A stretch of DNA of 64,000 nucleotides from Takakia lepidozioides (lineage: Eukaryota > Plantae > Bryophyta): positions 58,404,001-58,468,000 of the forward strand of contig CM060734.1 of the NCBI GenBank assembly GCA_030704615.1, given 5' to 3'. How positions within the stretch are numbered: position 1 is the first letter of the stretch; each line of letters opens with the position of its first letter. The position numbers and the translations under genes are program-made. Shown one piece after another: positions 12,801 through 26,618 of this stretch. The notes under the pieces were generated by a model. The model was not told the origin of the DNA. It saw only the letters and a program-made list of their open reading frames with translations, and did not search any database.

Positions 12801-15800
12801 CTGCATCTGTTTGCTGTTCAAAGGTAGGCTTCCCGCCCTGAGTGGGCTTTTACAGAGAGGCCCCAAGTGCCAGAGCTCTACGCAAAGAGCAGGGCATCCA
12901 CAGTACTTATCTTGAAAACAGTGGAATTTTCTTCAGGACTTGGATTTGCCCACTTTCCTACCCACCAAGATTCAGCAGAGACGACTATTCTCCCTGAGAG
13001 TCAGGATCCCCCACTCTCCCCCCCCACCAAAGACTCTGTGACTCCCTTAATGCCTGATCCTTATTCAAACCTTTAGAGTATGTGTAACCTTCTTTTAAAG
13101 AAGTCTGATTTCCTCTGGCAGCAAACCAATTACCCCACACCAAAGTGATTGTCGTAGTAGCAGGAAACCACCCCAGCAAAAACATATAGGGAGCATTGAC
13201 AAAACACAGAAGCCAGGAAAACAGAGGCAAGTAAACATGGATGACAGAAAAAACTAGAAAGAGAATGAAAAAACAGAGAAACAGAAAGACTCAAAAGGCA
13301 GCCACACAGGGAAAGGGAAAGAAGATGAACTGCACACATTGCACTACAGATATCACTCCAACACACAAAACGAGAGAGCAAGAGAAAGAATGGAGAAAGA
13401 AAGAAACATATAATGCATATGGGAAAGAAAGAAAGAAGGAAACAAAAAGAGAGAAACATGTGCTGCTTCACCTGTGCCAAACGTAATTTCCCACTCTCCA
13501 AGAGGTCGCGAGCATCAGTGCAAACTGGGGACAAGTGTTTCACTACAGGTTGAAGGTCCAAAATGTCCGAAGTCTTGAAGGGTGTGTCTGACTCAAAGTC
13601 ATACCTTCTTGCTGCCAGTGTAACCCCCATCTACATACCAACATAGAACATACCAACATAGAACTTTTGATCAGTAATCCATATACCTTTACTATTGAAT
13701 GATCAGGCTGAAGATGAAACTAACCTGCAGAAGATAACGCCAGTAACCTTATAATGCTCGGACATCCAAGTGTACCCAAATGACTGACACAACCCTGACC
13801 TTTCGTGATAGCCACAAACTACAGCAAGCAGGGGGAAACCCGCAGCAGCGACTGACTCATGAAAACACCACATGGACACAATCGCTGAATTTGCACTGGG
13901 CATAGTCTAGTGTCTGACCAATCGTCACCAACAATTATTAAAGCCACAGCTCGAAAAGGATAGAGAAAGGCTAGAGCTGAAGATGAGAAAGGAGGAAAGA
14001 GGTCTGGTGGCTGAGAGATGGGGAGAACTTCCAACTATTTGGTAATACATGAAATACAGAACCAGCAGATACACATACCTTCTGGCTGAGATTCCGAAAA
14101 GTAGAAATTTTGCGCACTGTTGCTCTCACATCTTTTGGCAACTCAAACTAGTATCCAACAAGCCCCAAAACATTTTGTTATGCACTGATTAGCGTGTGGA
14201 TGCTAGAAAAGAAAGAGTCTGTCACTCTCTTCCCCTCTACATGGACCATCTAGCTGTGAGTGAGCGACACTGCGTTGTTAATGGGGCTTAGGGATTAGTG
14301 TCACTAGGGATGAATCAGGTTAAGACACCTTAAGCGGGCATGAAAATGTAATGACCTCCTCACAATAGCCCTAACAGGTCAAGCAACCACTACAGTACGG
14401 AAGCCTGACCACCTCATCCTGTTATTATCCACGTAAGAGTAACAACTCCATAGAGACGTCCAAAGGTAACCCATACAGGTGTTGCACCAGTCCGAGTCAA
14501 AACCTAACCTAGTGCAACGTAGACAGTGCAGTCTTATTTTGTTGTCAATGACAAAGTCTCAGATCATCAACTTTGTGTAGGAGTGACAAGTTCCCATTGC
14601 TCCCCACTGACTTCATCAGCTCTCAAGAGTGAAGGTAGACCACATATAGTACTATGCTCACATGCATGGACAAACCATTACAAATCTTCATACTGATTTT
14701 GTCACTTTTTCTTTGAGTGACAGGAAAGTCAGCCATAATGATGTTGGCTAGAAATCAGCAGGGAAAGCTAACCAGAACACTCGGCATCATCCTTCTTATC
14801 CTGCAACGGTGTCAATATAGCTATAAAATTGTGTCAGACTGATAGATGCTAGGGCAGCTGCAAACCTGGTATTTGAATTTCACGCCATCCTGAATGTCAG
14901 ACCAAACGAGGTCGGGAGTTATGCACAAGTATGATGGCTGCATCTCCTGTGGCACTCCCTCTTTTACTACTGACACTTCACTTGTCTTGCTTTCCTGTTC
15001 CACTCACAGAGGAATTACTTTTTGTCCTTCTATCATATTGGCAAGGAATTGCCCACCAAGCCCAAGCTACAGAAATAGCAAATCCAAACTGGAGATGCGT
15101 GTGCATGTATGGCACAATGACACCACATTACGGTGTGTTGACCAGTTTCCACAGCATTCTAGAGCAGATCCATGTTTGATAAATGGAAATGCACACAGGA
15201 TGTAAACATACCTCAGGACAATGGTTGAAAAGTAACTAAGTAACATTTCAGGATATACAGTACGTAAGTATATCTGTGAGTTCCTCAACATCCATTGTAC
15301 AAAGGTGAGGAAAGCAATCTGGAAAATGAGGGCAACAAGTCCAGTTGAAGTATCCAGCTGCAGATACCCTGAGAAGTAGTGAAGAGTGTATGCGAATTGC
15401 ACTCACAGCAGCAGACTCTGCAATATTTGACTCCAGTTCACTTTTCGACTTCACAGCGGACGAAAGGGAAGCATCTGTAGGCACTGCCTCTGGCCCAACA
15501 AGACAGTTGAAAAAATGGGCAATTGCACCGCCCACATCCTGGTCAAGTGTCTCTCGTAACACACCCTGGCAGTGAAAAAACCAAAGTTTAAAAAATATGC
15601 ATATCAAGCTCAAACTGCCCATATAGCAATAAATTCCTTAGAAACAGTGCAAAATTGCAAGAGGTGCAACCTTAAGGACATGTTTTGAAGATCGCACAAC
15701 AATCTCCACTAGGCACAGATCCCAGACATGTGGCAAATGCTCCGCCTGCTTCGCTACCTGTCAGACCCTCCCCATGCCAAAACACCCATTATGTGCAAAC

Positions 15801-18800
15801 AGTAGATGTTAAATTTAACAGAGCACCTCATCCAGAGCATACTTTTCTCCATCTCTCTCTCTCTCTCTCTCTCTCGGCTACGGCAAACAACGTCTTATGA
15901 GTACAATCTCTCTCTCGGTTCCGCCCAAACTGGGCGCTGGCTCTATGGCCACAAGGCTATGGCAAACAACGTCTTATGTGTCCAATCTCTAGCTCGTACA
16001 GGCTGAGCCCAAAGCCCTGGGCCCTGTTGGGGTCTAACTCCTGGGCAACTCACACACAGTAGATTGATGCCTGTATGAAGGGCTTGTGAGAATATCTGGA
16101 AAGCCCGAACTAATTGTTAAAATCAAGGTAAGTCCGACTACTTGTTCCGCCCGAACTGGGCGCAAAGTCCAAGAGACTATGGCAAACATCTTATGAGTAC
16201 ATTCTCTCTCTCGTATAGTTTCTACTTTGTCCACTTGTTGCCCGATTTTTCCGTCAATTGAATAACACTGCATTTAGTCAAAAGCTTTGACTCAATGATA
16301 TAGATCCCTGATGGTGGCTGTGTAGGCATATTCGATGCCTTCAGAGGTCTAGATAAGAAGACAAACAGCTCAGTCTGCATCACTCGAGGAAGGATCTATG
16401 AAGAGGATGGGTGAAACTGAAGATTCACAGCCCTATCCTTCTCCCCAAGGAGCAATTAGAAGGCATGAGCTAACAGGTTTTCCTTACTACTTGTCCATCC
16501 ATAATCTACTTGTTGGGACTTCGCATCTGATACTGTGTCATTTAGAATTTGCTCAAGTCTCCTGTCTCTTGTTGGACATGGATAACGAATAGGTGAAGCC
16601 AGAGAAGCCTGCTATTCTCACTCACCAACCAATAAACTTTACATCCTAAATATACCATGGTGGCTGTGTAGGCATATTCAGGTCACCGGCGAATCGGTGC
16701 TTTCCCAACATTAGGTCTCACCGGCAGGTATCTAGCTACAAAGTAGTTACTATCCATACCTGGCCAAGATAGCGCATGTTGATGCCATGGGCATGGACAG
16801 CATCAGTGAGTGTGGGGCCATCCATTGGAGACACTTCCAGGCTACTAAGATCTTGTACTAGCTTAGGAAGCACTGTTCCCACAAGATATTGCCCAGCTTT
16901 CCTCACCAGCTCCTCATCAGCTGCTATATCCTGAAAAATAATGTCACCAAAGTTGACCAAGACTTCAAACACGGCGGTTTAAACAGGATCCAACTTTACA
17001 CTATTCCAAGAGATGTAACAGCAACACTATAAAGATGGAAGCAAACTTATCTTAATTTTGAGTATGCATCATAATAGAAATAACAACCTCTGAATACATG
17101 CACAGCGGTCAGTCACCCATGTCATGTCCAGAATTCCTATGGCATGTTACAGTCTTCTTCAGGCTTCAAGAAGCACCGAAAAAAACAGCTAGAAAGCCTC
17201 TTCATACCGCACTCACCTGTGGATCACCAGCAACCTTGAAGTCGGTAAACACATTTGGGTTCAGAACAATCTTGGGAAGTTCCTCCTGTATTAGAGTTTT
17301 CTCATCGGTCTGATCCCCCTCCGCTTTCCTGCTCTTCACTCTTTCAAGTGCCTCCACCTGTCCAAAGCATTCAAAGAGTTCAACACAGCTACACAAGACA
17401 AATGGCAAATCTCTCCCTCTTGGCTCTTTGGTTTCTGAGCATGTTCCCTCTTCTGATTGCTGATTTGGCAGTAGATTGACACGACAACACTGCAATTTTT
17501 TTTTAAAAATAATATAGCTTAAGATAAGATAGTTCCATTGGTGACTCTGGCTGGATTGGATTGGTAATTGCATGGACCCCATAGTCATTCAAGCACGATT
17601 TAAGTATAGCAGGTAAGAATATCACAAAGTGTCAAGCCAATACACAATGAAAAGCTAACCCTCCTCGTATGTGGAGGTCAGCTTTTTGAGGTGGCACATA
17701 ACTGCTGTTTTTTATTTGATTCGTGGTTTGCACCCTAAAGGCGGTTTATGGTCTATCAAGTTGAAAATAAAACAATCTATTTATTGTGTAGTTTCTGTCT
17801 TGTGCTTCCAATCAGAAAGCATCCACACTTCGTAAATAAGACAAAAGATAAAAAGGCCATACCTGGCAAAATGTGGCCACAAGCTCTGGTCTAAGGACAC
17901 ACAGACGTGACCCAGGGCCAGTGCAATTGATGTCCCTTGGAGTTGTTCTCATTAAATCAAGCATGTAGTGCCTGCCAAGCCGCAAAATAGCACACTAAGC
18001 ACCCAAACTCGGTTGACCTTAGTATAGGCACCGTGAGTAGAGCACTAGGCAAAAGCTCCAGAAATTGTTGAGGCTCCCACAAACACAGGGAAAAAGGAAC
18101 GAGAGGATCCAATGGTCGGAAGGAAAAAATGGGACACACCGGTCATCACTGCCCACAATGCCCTTGCATTCAACAGGAGCACAAAGCGTGATGGCTTTTC
18201 CTGCTCCATCAAGCACAATGTGCTCCTTAATATGCAGCAGCTTCCCTGCTTTCAGCACCTACAGTCGCCATCTCCCCAAGTTACAAATGGCTTGGTAAAA
18301 TTGCACCCTAGTTCAAAACCTTTTAAAAGGAGTACAAACAGCAAGAAAATTGACCTAGTGTTGGACAAGTCTACCCAACATGTTTTACTCTATAGTGTAT
18401 GGACCGTATTTGTCTTTGGACCAAGTCAATGCTTCCTACTATGAACTATTCTGTGAAGAATAAAACATTGACCTGTAAGTTTGTCTGTCTCAGCCTGTCA
18501 CATACTTTCTTGTAGTAGGCTAATAGCCTTGAATTTCTGTTAGTATGAGACTTAAACCAAAAAGATGAACAGGCAACAGACTTCCTTGTCATAATATCAC
18601 ATTAAGATGTAAGACTCGTCCCCCACTTATTTCGGAAAGCTTAATAACCTTGTTCAATCAGAGAGACTTCACCTTAGTGTGAAACTTCTCATTCCATGCG
18701 ATCTTTTTACCATTGTCCACAGAACCATAGAGCAATGATTCGGTCTTGTCTCCTTGCAGGATACCAGGTATGATGCTCTGTGACCCACAGACCCAACCTG

Positions 18801-21800
18801 AATTACAACTACAAGCAGTTTGACATGATAAACAAAGAGTACAATGCCAACAGTTTTGACCCTGAAGCTGGGGGTTACCCCAGAGAATTGTAGATATGAA
18901 GCTTCTCAAGAAAACCTGACAGCAGAAGATCATCGTTACAGAGGCTTCTCAGCTCATCCAGACCAGCTGTCTACAGTCACAAGGGTATTACAAGCGAGTC
19001 TTACTACCACAGCTTCCTCTGCTTTTTTATTGCATATTGACAAGATGTCAATGCTGGTATGGCATCCACATTCTCAATGACAATAGTAGGGAAAAAGAAG
19101 GCCATGGAAGACCGCCCACCTGTGCAACGACACGATGACCCCTGAAATCAATAATAGCCATTGCCAGCATATAGAGGCCTTCCACGTCAGCATTGTTATA
19201 TGCTTTGGTTCCCTTCAAGTCATTGTTGGCAGAGGCATATGTGGCCTGCTCACTCTCCACTGAAGGGGCCGTGGGGGGCACACTTGCATCCCCATCACCA
19301 GGACTATCACTCGTGGTATCCCCCCCTTTCTCAATCTCTGGAGATGAGGAAGCCTCAGTTGTGATTTCCTTGCCAACCTCTTCAACAGTTGGGACTGCCT
19401 TGCTAACCTCTTCAACAGTTGTGACTCCACTCTCTACTGCGGTCCCTTCTGTCTCCTGCTTTGATTCCTGCTCCTTAATTTGCTGCATAAGCGCAAAATC
19501 TCCATCCACTGCAAAGCTGAAGAAAATGTTGTTGTGGACATACCTGCAGGTCAGAACATGTCTCACATCAGAGTCTCCTCATGCTTGATGACTTCTTGTG
19601 TATACTAGCCACCCCCTGTCCTTTGTCAAAGCTTGTAGTTGTGAAGCTGAACACAAAAAACAAGGACTCAATAAGAGTTGGGAGGAAAGTTCTCTCACAT
19701 ATGGAAGCGGTCAGGGTCTGTGGGGTTGATGGGTGGGATGCACCGTCCAATCACAGCCCTTGCCCCTTTAGTAGCAGCCTCCACAAAATCACAGTTCACC
19801 TTATAGAGAGCTCTGTCCCGCATTATCCTGCTCACCAGAAAGCAAACCAGAGAATTTACTAAGTGGAAGATGATGGCATGACATTCTGAGTCCATAGAAT
19901 GTACTCATAAGACGATTGCCGTAGCCTTGTGGCCATTGACCTTGAGCACAGTTTGAGCAGAACAGACACTACCTTTGTAGTAGGACTGACCATGATAGAA
20001 ACAATGGATTCGGCTTTCCAGATTTCCTCTAGAAAGTCCTTCACACAAGCATCAATCTGCTGTATGAGCTGCCCAGCAATCAGACACCAACAGAGTCAGG
20101 GCATTCTAGGTCCATAGAGAAGGATATAGTATCATAATAAGTCAAAAGGTTGCCTGTGAGCATTGTCAAAATAGAACAGCACCAAGTGTACAGTCTGGAG
20201 TTTGTGATCAGCAATACAATTTGATTGGCTAGCACCTGTCTTGCAAAGACTCCCTCGGGAACTCCCGGCAGGATTGCTGCTCCTCATTCCAGTCACGTTG
20301 CATCCCTATAACCTCTGTACCATATGGCACCATCAATGCATCCTCTGCCCGTGCTATGTCTCTCTTGTGGACTGCACCCCACAAATTGTCAAACAAATCC
20401 ACTCCAAAATCAACCATGGCACATTGAGAGACCAAAGTGTTCTTCTGACAGAGATCTTAGACACCTTGGCTGCCATAACCGGAGTTGAGCAAAACCCTCC
20501 ACAAATAACTGTTGGATGAAAAATAAACAGCATGCTCAGAATGGACATGAATGAGCTTCTGAAACTCACCAGGAGGGGGGTAAGGGCCCAGCCATGAATT
20601 GGGAGGCAAAAGCACAGGCACATTCTCAAAGGGGTGCCCTGAGGCCTTCTGATCCAGAATTTCACTGAACCCTGAAACAAGTGAGTTATATTTCAGGATC
20701 ACCCGTCACAATTCAACATTATAATCAACAGTGGAGCGATCAAATTTACAAGGAGCCCTTCTATTGGCTCTTCCTTAGGCTTGCAACAGAGAACATGTTA
20801 CCATCATTGTCCAATGTGATACCACTAGTTCAATTGGGTAGTGAAGAGATTAGTCAGACTACGAGGAGAACCAGTGAACATTCTAGTGTACCATTATGGA
20901 CAACAATGACGAGTCACCTCTCTGGACCTGCACAAGCACTTACACTTTAAAAAATACTAAGTTTCATACCTGTTGTAAACTTGTTACTGACTTGGCGAAG
21001 AAGGCCAACAAGAGTCGTCGCCTCCATAACAGGGTTCCCAGGTTGAGCATCCAAAACGTTCCCTTTACTCAAGTTCACATAAAAGCCCTGAGTGTGTGCA
21101 GTAATACAGTAACTATCACCCTCTGCTGTCACCACATCTAAGTAAATCAAGTCACCCAGCAACCTGTTCAAGCAGTAAACATAAGTTGTGAGAAGTCAAT
21201 AAAAATTCAAATCTTTATAGAAACACTGCCCAGCGGCAGTCCCATGACATCACTTCACTGAAAGTCCCCCCCCCCTTTTATGCTTGGTCTGTGAAGACAC
21301 TGAGATGGCCCGGACGAATGATGTCTGATAAGTATCTCCCTTCTCTCTCCCCTGATGTGCAGGATTCATAAAACCAAGTAGGTGAGGCCAAACCAGAGTT
21401 GAGACTTGCTGAGAAACAACATAGATCAGGCATCTCCAGATAAGATAAGGCCGGCACCTTCGATATCCTGGGACGGGGTTGAATGATGAGAAGGCAATGC
21501 TCTCCACACAGTTACTATCCTCTACTACAGGCAATGCAACAAGAGCTCCCAGCAACCCAACAGGGTCTTCCATGAAGCCCAAACCCCCATCAAGCTCACT
21601 TGACTCGGACTTCGTTGATCCTGCAGTTCCACATAACCATTCATTAGGGTAGGCAAACAATAACTCTTGGGCTGTTCTCACTTCTACCCCAACACCTGAA
21701 TTTGGTTAAGATTGTGAGGTGCAGGACATCTTCAGACACTAATCACTTTATCTGTCATAACAGTGTAACAACTTCAACTCTGAATGAAAGCACCTGCCAA

Positions 21801-24298
21801 CACTGTACCTAATTACAGGATCATCAAAATGCTTAGAAGAGATATGTCCCTCAACAGATGGTTTAACATTCACAGATGCAAAGGAAACACAAGGACAGTG
21901 GGGGAGTGGCATCCAACCTGAATAACTATATGCTTGTGCACAGTCACTATACTATTGTCTTCTGGAGTATTGATGCATGGTTGGTATATACATCATGCTA
22001 GGTGAAGACACAATGTTAATCCCAGTCCAGTTGCTATAGCCCATCACTATCCAGAATGTGACCTGACACTTAGATGGGACTGCCAGTCAGCCACCATTGA
22101 GGCCAGGGAAACGAGGGACAGAGAAGGATGACCATTGGATTACCTGACTGCTTCTCCTTTGGGTTCCTGGGTTTTGAGTCACTCGAAGAAGAGGAAGCCT
22201 CACCACCTTCTCCATTATCTGAATACAATAAACAGGTCAATTATAATAAGACCACACACAGGCACCCACACATATACAGAACCGCCTAAAAAAGCACAAA
22301 AACAATGCCAGTCAGCAACAAGTGACCCACCTGTGGCCGCTGCCTGCTTTGCTTCATACTCCATAGCGAGTGCTGTAGAAAGAGAAGAATGGATGCTGGC
22401 CGTTGAAATGAGATCTCGAGCGCGACGCACATGGGATCTGACAGACCTATCATCATACAAGGCTGCACAGGACCACACCAGGATTCACCAAATGAATGTC
22501 CAAAATATCCTTGCAAGGCAGGAAAGTGAGGAGTATTCAGGAATAGATGCAAGTGGAATAATCGTCTGGACATGCTAGGTTAGGGCATGATGTCTTCAAT
22601 TATCCATGTAGCTATCTAGTAAGGCTCCAAAGAGAAAGACAAACCAACAACTAGAACAAATAGCTGTTGATATCACCATGATAAGATGTCATGATCTAAT
22701 AACTCATTGATGGCGTATCTATGGCTTAATGCTACACCAGAAGCATAAGCTAGACTGTATCAAGTGGGAAGACCGGTTCTGGGATTTACCATTCACCATC
22801 TCCAATGAACAACCACCAGCTGCCACATCAGCAACTTCTCCTATCTCAAGGTATTCAGCTAAATGGTAGCGGATGCCATCAGCCGCATGAAGAATGAGAT
22901 CATAACAGGTGTAAAAACAAGTTTCAGGTGCATCTAGCAAAAACTGCCGCAAGTCCATGACTGAGTCTCCTGGATTGACCTGCCAACGTGCACCCAACAA
23001 GCCTTAAAAATCATTCTTTTGCTGCCATCACACTACAAGAACTTCAAAGACACAAATACCTCGTGAGGACAGGACTGAACCCTTTTAAAGTGTTTGAAAA
23101 ACTACCTGCTTTCAGATCGGAGAGTGTGTACAAGATCTTTGGGACGAAGCCCTGTGACAGAGAGGGAGAAAAGTGTTGGGAGGAGGGGACCAGGGCACCA
23201 AGGGACCAACAACATGCATACAGCCAGAGAGACAAGACAAGGACCAACTCACCTGCAATTCAAGCTGCTCGCCTGATGGCCCTTTCACATTAACAGGGTA
23301 GAGGCGCAGCTCCGCTGTGACAGAGACATCAGTGTGAAAGGACATCCACAGAGGTCCATGAGTATCTCATGGAGGAAATTACCCACCTTTAAAATGCAAA
23401 GGCTTTAGAGCTGGTACTGTGTAGGGACTGACTTTCCGTTGATCGAAATCCCTGTCAAGAAACTTCTTTTCTTAGGAAAATTGCAATAAAGCTCACAATT
23501 GAATCAGTGCTGACTCATGTGTAGAGAGCTGTCTGAAGGCCACCAGTAAATTCAAATCTCCATTGATAGTCATTACTAAGGCAAGAGGTTATACGCATTG
23601 GTCGAACAAAGCAAACCACTGCACAAGTGAATGTGGTCTGATCTTTGCGTGTCAGCACAACAACAAAAGAGGGTTGTCTCCCACCCACAATCTTTACAAT
23701 TTCATACAGTATTTGTGAAACCCCAGCATTTCATTGTCAATCTCTGTTCCTGACCGTCCACATGCAACTGTGACTAGAATGATTACATACATGGGTTGGG
23801 CTGACAACCCTATCAGTTTGGTCAGTATGTGATTCTAGCTCCAGGCTGTTAAGCAGCCCTTACTGCCTAGCATAATCAGGCCAGATCAGACTAGGTTTAT
23901 CAAAGGAAGGATGGTAGAGTGGTCTCAATTATCCTGTGAAAATAACAAAACCTTCTATAATTACCTTCTCCTTCAGCTGCAGGTTGTTCAGACTTCTCCA
24001 CATCCTTGCTGACGACCACATCCGGAGTGGAAGACTCAACTTTCTCTTCGGTTGCTGCTGGAGGAATACTCTCTGGCTTTGGCTCCTCAATCTTTTCATT
24101 GGAGACCTTCACTGCAATCTTAGCACTTGCAGAATCATCTGGAGGTGACTGCTTGGGACAGAGCTCTGGCAGTCCACTGCCACTGCCTAGGAATGGGATT
24201 TCCCTGGTGGGTGCTGTTGCTGCATCAGGCGGGGTTGCAGGCTTGCCAGCAGCACCAGTCTTGCCTTTGCCCTTGTTTTTGTGCGACTTTCCCGCCAT
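6880..24298 (-). CDS. CLU: Clustered mitochondria protein (CLU/FRIENDLY-like; CLU_N, CLU and TPR domains), 28 coding exons, about 1481 aa
   Basis: Exons (minus): 24298-23965, 23314-23253, 22979-22790, 22462-22331, 22218-22144, 21620-21458, 21163-20970, 20671-20570, 20371-20236, 19827-19699, 19543-19120, 18777-18673, 18258-18140, 17971-17863, 17357-17217, 16930-16760, 15757-15671, 15565-15407, 14994-14866, 14147-14079, 13630-13472, 11252-11196, 10828-10788, 10472-10353, 8884-8575, 8062-7955, 7707-7633, 7425-6880. Total of 4446 nt is in frame. Motifs DLRQFLLDAPETCFYTCY, GMQRDWNEE, YVHNNIFFSFA, SIIPGILQGD, PMDGPTLTDAVHAHGINMRYLG and TPRs (GPDHPDTAHSYGNMALFY). Confidence 0.95.
9258..10290 (-). 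mobile_element. Truncated, degenerate RTEX-like LINE (RT end, CCHC, 3' tail) in a CLU intron
   Basis: Remnants GQGFTLSQLLFNF, LGVKFSSSCTWDVHIQKVV and MCGRPEDNIHFLIHCRGYSHQR; family 3' end ggccacaacgctacggcaaacaatgttttatgagtacat. Confidence 0.85.
12376..12870 (-). mobile_element. 5'-truncated RTEX-like LINE 3' end in a CLU intron
   Basis: LRAGSLPLNSKQMQRGKRDCNCLLCGQPEDNIHFLIH..., then tail ggccacatggctatggcaaacaacgtcttatgagtacattct. Confidence 0.88.
15852..16212 (+). mobile_element. (CT)n microsatellite followed by three head-to-tail LINE 3'-end fragments
   Basis: (CT)n at 15852-15875, then units about 15876-15916, 15917-15990 and 16000-16212, each ending in a variant of tcttatgagtaca(a/t)tctct. 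Confidence 0.85.
19895..20100 (-). mobile_element. Short RTEX-like LINE 3' fragment in a CLU intron
   Basis: cagcagattgatgcttgtgtgaaggactttctagaggaaatctggaaagccg...ggccacaaggctacggcaatcgtcttatgagtacattct matches the other copies. Confidence 0.85.
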
Positions 24299-26618
24299 TA
24301 TTCAGGTCCTACACAAGAGTGCAGGATTATGCAAGTATCAGATAGAGCTACCACTAGTAAGAAAAAATGACAAAACTGCAAAAATGGAGTCACTTGAATA
24401 GTTAACCGTCCACAAGAACCCTAAGCCCTGTGTACCATAGCCATAGAGAAGAAATCATCAGAATCTGTCTACAGTAGAAAGACAGGTTACAACCAAACGA
24501 GCAGACAGAGAATCGGAGGGCTACAGAGAGGTGGTCGATAGCGAAAGAGACAGACAGACTTGTATGAAGTGGGCGAATTATAGATTAGAGAAATAGAGAT
24601 TCCAAAGCAGATGCCCAGTAGCACTGCTAAATGATTGAAACAGGTTGTAGCAGGAGATTTAGTCAATTGTTGGGTGGCATACACACAACGACAGCTAGCT
24701 CTCGGAGACTAATATCCAACAATGCCAATCACAAGAACAAGAGAAGCTGATAAATATTCGCAGCCTCTTCTCTATCAATGTTGTTGAGGACAATGAGCCC
24801 TACAACGACTGCTCAGCATCCACTCCATATCAGTGATTACGTGCTAGACCGGAATCGAATGTTCACCAGCTGGTCTGTAATGATAGTAAAGTTATAACTG
24901 AACTAGCCATGTTACCCACCCTCGGAAACCAGAGCTAGATGTTTGCCGCAGCTGGAAGATAGTGCACGACAACCCAGCCCAGTCTAAATTGGCACAGCTT
25001 GAACCACTCCACTCCAAGAGGCACAGGTTATCATTTCGTTACCAGATACTAGAAATTCAGCCTCGACCTTGCGTAGAATCAGTTAGTTCGCCCCTGTAAT
25101 ACCACAATAAATTCCCCCAACGCTGCGTAAAGTGATAGTGAGACACTTGCCTTTACTCACACGAGCACTGATTCAGAATTGCAGTTGGAGTATAATGAAT
25201 GAGAGAGGTGGCAATCCATGGAAAGCTTCGTATTACCTGCCTTCTCGTTTCGCAGAAACTAATTTGAAGGGCGTCCCACTTACGGAAAGGGACTACATTA
25301 GCAGCCTGGAAGCCCTCAGTACCTATTCCTCCCCCAACAACACTCCAATCTTCTCCCCTCTTTCTTCTCTAGTTCACTCTGCCAAACCAGCACCAGGCCT
25401 TCCTCCCTTCCTTCCTTCTCCCAACCCCAAACCCTCTTTCTTCCTTCTCTCTTCCCCCACACAACTGGGCCACTGTTCCCTGTAATTGGAGTGTGTAGTT
25501 TGTGTGGTGGAGGAGACAGGCTCTCTCGCTTGTCTCCCTGCTTCAAAACCCTAGACCCAAGTCAAGTCATAAACCAAGTTTTCCACACAAAGGTTTTGAG
25601 ATCCACCCAATCACAACACCTGCTAATCTATCCAAATTCATCCTGTGGCCCAGATCACTCCCGGTCACATATATGTTGCTCACTCATATCCGTAACCCGG
25701 AGATCTGGAGTTTGAATCTCTCTACTCACAAACAGGGTATGTGTGAATTTGTCCGGAGAAATGCGCACTCCTTGCTTCCTTGTTGCTTTCCTTGTTGGTA
25801 TGGGTCAGTGGCTCTTAGTTACGCCGGCTTTGGCCGGAGTCTTCTTCTCCTTCTTGGTGTGGGTTGTCCATTGTTGGGTGTTGTTAATTTCCAATCCAAG
25901 ATGATGCGTATGTGGGATTGTAACACATCCGGAGTGTTGTATGATTGATATGGGGGAAGAGGCTCTTATTTACGCTAGCTTTGGTTGGCGTCATATATGT
26001 ATGTGTGATTGATATAGAGCCCAAGCCCAAAGGAGGTCAATACCGCAAGGAGCGGCTCTTATTTACGCTAACTCCGGTTGGTGTTATCTATCTCTCTATC
26101 TCTATTTGTTTGATTATCAGTTTTACAAGAGGGATGAAAGCCAGAAGGGAAGTGCATGGAGACAGAGGGTACCAACAGCATTTTTGGGGAGTTGGGTCCT
26201 CTCAATGTGTTGACTGGACAGAATATGAAGATTCAGCATTACAAAATTGGGTCATTCAACGTTGAAGAGTATCTTCATGGTGACGTCCTGGTCCTGGTGG
26301 AGGGATTGCATTAGGGTTAGGTCACAGGGAATAATGGCCAGTATTTTGACTTTTACACCTCCACGTTCCACACCTAATACAACATTTAGTGTGGGTCCCA
26401 ATTACTGTGGGTGGTAAAATAGAGTGGGCCACTAAAATAGGTGTGTCGCCAAGTTTGCCCTTTTCAAATTAATGGGGTACAAATATATTTTAAATGAAAA
26501 AATTGAAAAAAACGAACCTGGTTTAAGGAACACAGTTTTCTCTCCTCGGAGTGTATGTTATTATGTCAAATATCAGGGTTGGCTTGCTTGCGGTCATAAG
26601 GACTTATATATATATATA

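Noticed and set aside
13635-13665. 15-bp tandem duplication near a CLU acceptor; 30-bp duplication in a CLU exon (about 19361-19420); short duplication at 25961/26053
   Set aside because: Ordinary slippage-type duplications with no visible consequence.
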